A DNA stretch of 64,000 bases from a bacterium (GTDB lineage: Bacteria > SZUA-79 > Acidulodesulfobacterales > Acidulodesulfobacteraceae), in the NCBI GenBank assembly GCA_021845685.1, contig JAJZVN010000010.1:3096-67095 (forward strand). The letters are read 5' to 3'. A program made the position numbers and the translations under genes. Of the stretch, positions 58,018 through 64,000 are shown one piece after another (positions within the stretch are counted from its first letter, which is position 1; each line of letters starts with the position of its first letter). The notes below the pieces were generated by a model, which was given only the letters and a program-made list of their open reading frames with translations, did no database searches and was not told the origin of the DNA.

Positions 58018-58414
58018 TTACAGTTATATGAATGGGGGAAGCAAAAAAGCAAAGATAGTTATTATTCCTATGATTGACATAATGCTGTTTTTAGTGGTTT
58101 TTTTTGCACTAATAATGTTAAGAATGATACCATCTTCAGGAATAGCTTCGCAAATTCCTCATGCAAGCGCCGTGCAAGAAATGCCGCACCCTAAAGTGCT
58201 CATATCTCTTTTTAAAAACGGCACTATAAAGGTGAAAGGAAAGGTTTTAACGTTAAACGAACTTGTATCTTTGCTTAGAAGTCAAAATCCGAAAAAAACA
58301 GTAGTGACTATAGCAGGTTCAAAAAAAGTGTCGCTTCAGCATCTTGTTTCGGTAATGAGCGCTTGTAAAAAAGCGGGCGTAAGTAAAATAGGCATTGCTG
58401 CTTCGAGGTCTTAA
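58010..58414 (+). CDS. exbD: biopolymer transport protein ExbD/TolR
   Basis: 134 aa. IIPMIDIMLFLVVFF is the TM with the conserved Asp. Overlaps the exbB stop. Confidence 0.8.
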   Translation: MGSYSYMNGGSKKAKIVIIPMIDIMLFLVVFFALIMLRMIPSSGIASQIPHASAVQEMPHPKVLISLFKNGTIKVKGKVLTLNELVSLLRSQNPKKTVVTIAGSKKVSLQHLVSVMSACKKAGVSKIGIAASRS

Positions 58415-59149
58415 ATGGAAGATTATATTAATAATTCATCTTTTAATAATAACAGTCATAATGACGGCTACAATAAGATTCCCTTCGGTTATGCAATACT
58501 TTTAGGCGCTGTTTTAGAGCTTGTGCTGGTTGCAGCTGCGATATTAATATTGTCTCATATGCCTAAATATGTGCCGATACCTCAACAAAAGCCTATAATG
58601 ATATCGCTTGCAGCTATCCCTACGCCTCCAAAGCCTATAGTTAAGCCTAAACCAAAGCCTACGCCTCCGAAGCCGAGACCTGTCGTTAAACCTAAGCCTA
58701 CGCCAATACCGCACCCTAAGCCTCATGTCGTAAAGCATGTCGCTCAAAAAGTTTTTAAAGCAGTACATGTAAAAAACGTTCCGCCGTCGCCGGCAGTTCA
58801 TGAAATAGTACCGCCGTCACCAAGACCGGTGCCAGTCGTCGAACACGGTCCTATTAATCCGTCTCTTATAGCAATGCTTACTGGAGAGATAAGACAAAAA
58901 ATTAAGTCATCCCTTGTGTATCCTTCTGCGGCTAAAGCTATGCGTATGCAGGGTAAAGTCAAGGTTCTCTTCACATACTATAACGGTGTAATCAGTAAGA
59001 TAAAAATAATTCGCGCCTCCCAATTTTCTTTATTAAACAGCGGTGCAATTAAAACACTTGAATTGGCTAATTATCCATTGCCGCCTAAAAAACTCAGAAA
59101 TAGAATATTACAGTTCAGCATATGGATAAGATTTAAGTTGCATAGATAA
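58415..59149 (+). CDS. tonB: energy transducer TonB
   Basis: 244 aa. N-terminal TM, a Pro/Lys-rich spacer (KPKPKPTPPKPRPVVKPKPTP), and a C-terminal TonB domain (YPSAAKAMRMQGKVKV). Confidence 0.8.
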   Translation: MEDYINNSSFNNNSHNDGYNKIPFGYAILLGAVLELVLVAAAILILSHMPKYVPIPQQKPIMISLAAIPTPPKPIVKPKPKPTPPKPRPVVKPKPTPIPHPKPHVVKHVAQKVFKAVHVKNVPPSPAVHEIVPPSPRPVPVVEHGPINPSLIAMLTGEIRQKIKSSLVYPSAAKAMRMQGKVKVLFTYYNGVISKIKIIRASQFSLLNSGAIKTLELANYPLPPKKLRNRILQFSIWIRFKLHR

Positions 59150-59371
59150 GTTGCATAGATAAATAAATAAATAGATAAAATAAATAGATAAATAGATAAC
59201 AGGTAAAATAAACAAAATAAAAACAAAATAAATTTAATTGATAATAAATGAAATGGGAAGAAAGATAGAAAGATAGATATAGATATAGATGATATAGATA
59301 TATAAAATATTATATAAAATATTTAAAATTTAATATTATATTAATATTAATTAAATTATTTAAATCTTTAG

Positions 59372-59812
59372 TTGAAAGTAAAAACTGGAAGTGATTTATT
59401 TATGAAATTTATGAAATTTAAAAAAACTAATATGAAAATAATTATTGTATTTTCAGCAATATTATTTGTTAGTTCTATTTTTAGCGGCTGTGCATATTAT
59501 GTTAAACCTACACCGCCGCCTTTAGCTTTATCTGAAATAATTAAGCTATGCAAAGAACGCGTACCGAATGAAACGATAATAAAAAAAATTAGAGCCTCTC
59601 ATGAAGTGTTTTATTTAACTGCAAGGGAAATAATTAAGCTTCATAGAGACGGGATAACAGCAATAGTCCTTGACTATATGCTAAAAACAGGCATAAGAAA
59701 AAAACAGCATCGTGCATTACAAAGAGGCTATCAGTTAAGACCGCATTATTGGATGTGGTATAACTGGCAATGGGCGCCTTATGCCCCTTACCCTTATTTT
59801 TATCCATATTAA
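59372..59812 (+). CDS. hypothetical lipoprotein with aromatic-rich C-terminus
   Basis: Lipobox FSGC. The likely start is the ATG at 59402. C-terminal HYWMWYNWQWAPYAPYPYFYPY. Confidence 0.45.
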   Translation: MKVKTGSDLFMKFMKFKKTNMKIIIVFSAILFVSSIFSGCAYYVKPTPPPLALSEIIKLCKERVPNETIIKKIRASHEVFYLTAREIIKLHRDGITAIVLDYMLKTGIRKKQHRALQRGYQLRPHYWMWYNWQWAPYAPYPYFYPY

Positions 59813-59905
59813 AATAAAAATATTAAAGAATTACAACAATTATTAAATTAAATTAAAACATTAAAGAATTACAACAATTATAAAATATAAAATATAAAAT
59901 TAAAA

Positions 59906-59965
59906 TAAATTAAATTAAATTAAATTAAATTAAATTAAAATAAAATAAAATAAAATAAAATAAAA
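59906..59965 (+). repeat. pentanucleotide microsatellites (TAAAT)6 and (TAAAA)6
   Basis: Two perfect adjacent tracts end 5 nt before the AGGAGGG RBS of the TPR gene. Confidence 0.85.
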
Positions 59966-59980
59966 AAACAGGAGGGCAAT

Positions 59981-60736
59981 GTGCAAAAATCGTATTTAAA
60001 TTTGGTTTCGTTATGTTATGCCGTATTTTCTTTGGCAGCGGTTTTAGGGCTTTCAATAATTTTATTTCAAACGCCGGCTTATGCAGTTTCAAAATGGCAG
60101 CTAAATTATAACAAAGCAGTGGGATTTTTAAAAATAAAAAAATATAATTCGGCTCTAAAATTCGCAAAAATATCTCTTAAAGAAAATAAAAATCCTTACA
60201 CGCTTCAGTTGAACGGCAATATCCTTCAATTTTTAAAAAAATATAAAAAAAGCAATTATTATTTTAAAAAATCCCTTGCTTTAATTATAACCAGAGTAAA
60301 TAAAAAAGGCAGTACTAGTAAAAAAACAGACAATTTTATAAAAATTATAAAGAATAATATTGGAGTAAATTATCTTTTAGCAGGAAACAGGCAATTAAAA
60401 AAGAAAAATATTAAAGATGCGATTAATAATTATAAAAAAGGTTTAGCATTTGCCAATAAGAAACATTTAACAGATGATTTAATGATTAACGCCGCTATCA
60501 GCTATGAGAATATTAATAAATTCAAACCTGCAATTTATTATTCAAAAAAAGTTGTCGCAAATAGTCCAAAAAATGCATTCGGCTATTTTGTTAAAGGCAG
60601 AGCAGAGTATGGACTAAATGAACTTAATCTGTCTATTGCAGACCTTAAAACAGCCGTTAAACTCTCGCCTTCCGATAAATTGTTTAAAAGTGCGCTTAAA
60701 TTAGTTGAAAAAAAGAAAAATGCAAAGAAATATTAA
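59981..60736 (+). CDS. TPR-repeat protein with signal peptide
   Basis: 251 aa, GTG start after AGGAGGG. Several 34-aa TPR-like repeats. Last gene of the exbB-tonB cluster. Confidence 0.6.
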   Translation: MQKSYLNLVSLCYAVFSLAAVLGLSIILFQTPAYAVSKWQLNYNKAVGFLKIKKYNSALKFAKISLKENKNPYTLQLNGNILQFLKKYKKSNYYFKKSLALIITRVNKKGSTSKKTDNFIKIIKNNIGVNYLLAGNRQLKKKNIKDAINNYKKGLAFANKKHLTDDLMINAAISYENINKFKPAIYYSKKVVANSPKNAFGYFVKGRAEYGLNELNLSIADLKTAVKLSPSDKLFKSALKLVEKKKNAKKY

Positions 60737-60870
60737 GATGAAATAAATAAGAAATTTTCTATCTTTACCTAAAATTGCCGAACTTTTTAATAACTTTTTT
60801 AATAACTATAGATGATCGCTTCGCTCCCGGCTTATAGCCTCATGAACAGAAACGGCGTGCGTTTCTGCAT

Positions 60871-60905
60871 CGTAACCTTCCTGCTTTCGCTGGAATGACA
60901 CCCCA
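60871..60905. mobile_element. partial MITE family 1 core
   Basis: ccttcctgctttcgctggaatgacacc matches the family-1 core. It is preceded by about 80 bp of GC-rich sequence that includes the hairpin cagaaacg/cgtttctg. Confidence 0.5.
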
Positions 60906-60930
60906 GCAATAATTTATTTTATTACAAAAA

Positions 60931-60995
60931 TGTAACATTATTGTAATAATATTTAACAATTCTGTAATAAATATGTAACATTAAATTGATATAAT
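60931..60995 (+). promoter_or_regulatory. Pho-box-like array plus -10 (upstream of the TonB-dependent receptor)
   Basis: TGTAACA (60931), TGTAATA (60942), TTTAACA (60952), TGTAATA (60963) and TGTAACA (60974). TATAAT at 60990. The tataatatcctca stretch is shared with the 40232 promoter. Confidence 0.55.
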
Positions 60996-61037
60996 ATCCT
61001 CAAAATATAATTATAAGTAAAAAATGGAGGAAAAAAA

Positions 61038-63470
61038 ATGGAGAAATTAAAACATGCATCATATCAAAGGAGGACTAAACTGCCGGACATTAGAATAATT
61101 ATCGGCATATTTATTCTAACTATGATATTTGCAGTTTATGGGCTTACCCCAAATGCTGAAGCTGGGGTAATTTCAATTAAAGCAATCACAAAAAAAGTAA
61201 AGGTTAAAAGAACGCCGTTTACGGTTTCAAAGATTAAAAAGAAAACTATTAAAAGAATGACAAATCCCATGACCAGCTTTGAAACTCTTTTAAATGTAGC
61301 TCCGTCAATCCACGCCAGCACGGGCGGACCTAATAATGCCAGGGCAAGAGTTGAGTTAAGAGGGTTTGGTACTGGAGAAGTATCTCAAACTTTTGACGGG
61401 ATACCCATTAACAACATGTTTGACGGCGATTCATCCAATTATATGGACGTCAGAAATAATATTCCTTTTACGCTGGGAGATGTTTCCGGCGTTAATATCA
61501 GCTACGGCGTCAATAACCCGAGCGTGGATACTTTTGATTCCTTAGGCGGTCAAATAGGTTATGAGCCTGTTATGCCCTCAAGTAAATTTAGCGCCTCAAT
61601 ATTTGGCGGATACGGTTCTTTTGCCACTAGGACTTACGGTTTTTCTTTAAATACCGGCAAGCTCTGGGAAGGCATAAGAATGTATTTAAGGGTTGAACAC
61701 AACGACGCAAACAACTGGTATGACGGTTCAAGCTATCCCAACAGAGACCATTCATACTATATGTCTTTAATAAAACCTTATAACAGGGGCAGGTCGCATA
61801 TTAGTTTAATTTATATGAGAAACGACGATTACGCAAATAACCCGCATCTCGTCCCGGTTGCACTTCTTAATCAGTTCGGATACAACTGGGGATGGCCGGC
61901 TTCAGTTGAAAATACACAGGCTTATAATCAGGAGTATTATGTAATATTGGGATGGAAAGATTACATGAACAGGCATTTTACATTCGACAATAAAACTTTC
62001 TACTCCCAAGACGATGAGTATAAAAATCTTTATATTAATCCTGCATGCGAAAAAATTGCCGGAACATATAATATTGATACTTCGCAATGCTCAATTCCTT
62101 CGAGCATATTTGTTAATGGGGTGCAGCCGTATAATCTGGGGTTTAACAGTTTTCCCAATAAAGCCACTCCATCGACCCCTCAAGGCAAAACAGATACTTA
62201 TTTAACCCAATTTGCCAATGCAGGGTTAGCTTATGCAACCGATAATCACATTAAAGCGGTTTCTCTTACGCAGTATGGTGATTACCCAACGTTTATAATC
62301 AAACTACCAAGAAATATAGTTACTTTAGGCGCGCAGTTAAATTTTGGAAATTTTCATAAAACGGAAGGGGTTGGCAGTACTGCGTTTGCACCCATTATTC
62401 TTTCGTATAATGCTATCAATGATTTGAGGGGCAGTGAATCTATGGATGCTTTATACGCTCAGGATAGGTTCAGCATTATACCTCATAAATTATTTCTTGA
62501 GCCGGGCGTTAAATATCAATATGTAAATGAAAGTATTTCTTCAAATGCTGTTTATAACGATCCATATGGCGGACAGGTTTCAGATAATTTTACCGAAATA
62601 GAGCCGACTGTCGGATTGAGCTATAATTTATTGCCAAACTGGAACTTTTATGCAACTTACGGAAGAACTATGAAAGCTCCAAACTATACCGATTATCTAA
62701 CAACTATTAATAGCTTTGGACTAAATTCAGGAGTTTTTACGTATGCAACGCCGATAAGTACATTAAAACCGGAAATAGTTACGGATTATGAATTAGGAAC
62801 AAGATACAGACTTCAAAATCTCGAACTCTCAGCCAATATTTACAAAGAAGATTTTACTCATACGTTTGGCACATATTCAAGCGATGTAGGTGGCATCCGC
62901 ACATCATATGAGTATAATGGCGGCGCCTCTACGTATACGGGATTTCAGATAGAAGCTCAGTATAATATCAATAAGAATTTAAATATTTATGGCAATTATT
63001 CTCTAAATACAGGAAAATATGACAGCACTTTCATAAGTAAGGCATCTGGACTTGGCGGCGCAAGTATGATATCAGGAGAAAATGTTCCATTTATTCCAAG
63101 GCACTTGGCGAACATAGGCATTGACGAAAATTATTTAAACATTAACGGAAATTTATCAGGAACTTATACAGGTGAGCAGTTTGTTACAGATTTAAACGGA
63201 AACCCGACAAGTTCTTATCATCTCGGCGGATACTGGCTGTTTAATTTAAATTTAAGCCATAAGTTTAATTTTAGAAACATACCGTTTTTTAAAGAAGCTG
63301 ACTTAAAAAGCATGAAACTCAGTTTTACGGTAGACAATATATTCAATAGAAATTATCTTGAAGGGGCAATACCGGGGTTTGTAAACACGACAAATTCAGG
63401 TACATTTTATGCGGAATATATGCCCGGTATGCCAAGGTTTTACTACGTGTCAACTTCATTTAAATTCTAA
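61038..63470 (+). CDS. TonB-dependent outer-membrane receptor
   Basis: 810 aa. Signal peptide, a plug domain (ELRGFGTGEVSQTFDGIPIN), a beta-barrel, and a terminal aromatic residue (...STSFKF). Confidence 0.85.
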   Translation: MEKLKHASYQRRTKLPDIRIIIGIFILTMIFAVYGLTPNAEAGVISIKAITKKVKVKRTPFTVSKIKKKTIKRMTNPMTSFETLLNVAPSIHASTGGPNNARARVELRGFGTGEVSQTFDGIPINNMFDGDSSNYMDVRNNIPFTLGDVSGVNISYGVNNPSVDTFDSLGGQIGYEPVMPSSKFSASIFGGYGSFATRTYGFSLNTGKLWEGIRMYLRVEHNDANNWYDGSSYPNRDHSYYMSLIKPYNRGRSHISLIYMRNDDYANNPHLVPVALLNQFGYNWGWPASVENTQAYNQEYYVILGWKDYMNRHFTFDNKTFYSQDDEYKNLYINPACEKIAGTYNIDTSQCSIPSSIFVNGVQPYNLGFNSFPNKATPSTPQGKTDTYLTQFANAGLAYATDNHIKAVSLTQYGDYPTFIIKLPRNIVTLGAQLNFGNFHKTEGVGSTAFAPIILSYNAINDLRGSESMDALYAQDRFSIIPHKLFLEPGVKYQYVNESISSNAVYNDPYGGQVSDNFTEIEPTVGLSYNLLPNWNFYATYGRTMKAPNYTDYLTTINSFGLNSGVFTYATPISTLKPEIVTDYELGTRYRLQNLELSANIYKEDFTHTFGTYSSDVGGIRTSYEYNGGASTYTGFQIEAQYNINKNLNIYGNYSLNTGKYDSTFISKASGLGGASMISGENVPFIPRHLANIGIDENYLNINGNLSGTYTGEQFVTDLNGNPTSSYHLGGYWLFNLNLSHKFNFRNIPFFKEADLKSMKLSFTVDNIFNRNYLEGAIPGFVNTTNSGTFYAEYMPGMPRFYYVSTSFKF

Positions 63471-63644
63471 AAAATATAAATATAATTAAATTTTAATGAT
63501 ATAAAATATAATTAAATTTAAATGATAATAGATTAATCTAATTAATTTTTAAAATATCAAAAAAGAGCTCGGCAGATAATGTTTTATTATTTGTTGAGCC
63601 CTTTTTAATTTTTTTATATCTCACCTTTTGGACATATTTTCGAT

Positions 63645-63684
63645 TATTACAAAATTTTAACAGAAGTTTAACCCTGTTGTAATA
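63645..63684 (+). promoter_or_regulatory. Pho-box-like array (upstream of the gene starting at 63982)
   Basis: TATTACA (63645), TTTAACA (63656), TTTAACC (63667) and TGTAATA (63678) at 11-bp phasing. The -10 is less clear. Confidence 0.4.
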
Positions 63685-63738
63685 ATAATTATGTTTTAAT
63701 AAAAAAAGTAAAGCTTTTCGTACTGCCCTCTCTCTCAC

Positions 63739-63776
63739 CTGTATATTGTGATTAGTGAAGTAATCACAATATACAG
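63739..63776. repeat. perfect 15-bp inverted repeat (hairpin, operator or attenuator)
   Basis: ctgtatattgtgatt-agtgaagt-aatcacaatatacag, followed by atgttttt on the + strand. Confidence 0.8.
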
Positions 63777-63981
63777 ATGTTTTTAATTTAATGTTCATAA
63801 TTTAAATCTATTAAATAAATATAATTTTACATTATTATTATAATTATAATAATAACAAAAATAACAAACTATGCTAAAATAAATAATAAAACTATTAAAT
63901 ATAGCGGAGTTTAAATTAATTTTAAATTATTTCAATGTTTAACGAATGTTTAACTAAATGCTTAACGAAAGAGGTTTTGTT

Positions 63982-64000
63982 ATGAAAGAATTAAGCGGTA
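63982..64000 (+). CDS. 5' end of an unidentified gene (runs off the window)
   Basis: ATG preceded by GAAAGAGG 7 nt upstream. Only 6 codons are visible (MKELSG). Confidence 0.3.

Noticed and set aside
1300-58801. Numerous 60-130-aa ORFs antisense to or nested within long genes, for example 1300-1509, 5167-5445, 5607-5984, 13604-14167, 16560-16955, 17951-18298, 21957-22253, 29791-30637, 39538-39888, 49019-49330, 52045-52419, 52590-52940, 57288-57779 and 58544-58801.
   Set aside because: All overlap well-supported genes with conserved motifs on the other strand or frame. They have biased compositions typical of shadow ORFs and lack RBSs.
7700-60780. A recurrent short string ATCGGCAATTT or CGGCAATT downstream of several genes (about 7710, 38136, 57080, 60768 reverse, 11830 and 11897 reverse), considered as an uptake-sequence-like or terminator-associated motif.
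   Set aside because: It is only 8-11 nt long with variable flanks. Some copies lie inside coding sequence or come from the nusB 3' duplication. I cannot show enrichment without genome-wide counts.
1-64000. CRISPR arrays, rRNA genes, transposases or integrases, toxin-antitoxin or known defence-system genes, and prophage genes.
   Set aside because: None were found. The tandem repeats present have only 2-3 units with no unique spacers, and no cas, RT, integrase or nuclease-NTPase gene pairs occur among the ORFs.

Overview
This is a very AT-rich bacterial chromosomal segment, roughly 30% G+C by eye (not computed), and most of it is ordinary. 1-40 kb holds housekeeping genes: tal/tkt, tRNA-His, a sigma-54 two-component pair, queE, nth, rph, the nrdR-ribD-ribE-ribBA-ribH-nusB block, ileS, tpiA, hisS, a PAS-GAF-GGDEF-EAL protein, two-subunit pyruvate carboxylase, gltX, rnhB, split nadE and rsmI. 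40-64 kb is more accessory. It carries a phosphate-acquisition set (PHS-type Pi transporter, PHP phosphoesterase, Tat-exported PLC/AcpA-type phosphoesterase, exbB-exbD-tonB, a TonB-dependent receptor) interleaved with cusCBA and arsRDAC.

Main observations:
- An unannotated TusA/SirA-like gene on the minus strand (11528-11776) has an in-frame TGA at the catalytic-Cys position and an fdhF-like SECIS hairpin, so it is a candidate selenoprotein.
- Six promoters carry arrays of T(G/T)TAACA direct repeats at 11-bp phasing (Pho-box-like), which defines a putative Pho regulon.
- There are two MITE families, each with three full copies.
- A duplicated tRNA-His 3' half brackets a ~1 kb islet.
- A near-identical 62-bp nusB fragment lies inverted 2.4 kb from nusB.
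- Several GC-rich intergenic islands are unexplained.
- Many housekeeping proteins carry Asn/Lys-rich insertions.

No CRISPR array, rRNA, transposase or recognisable defence genes were seen.
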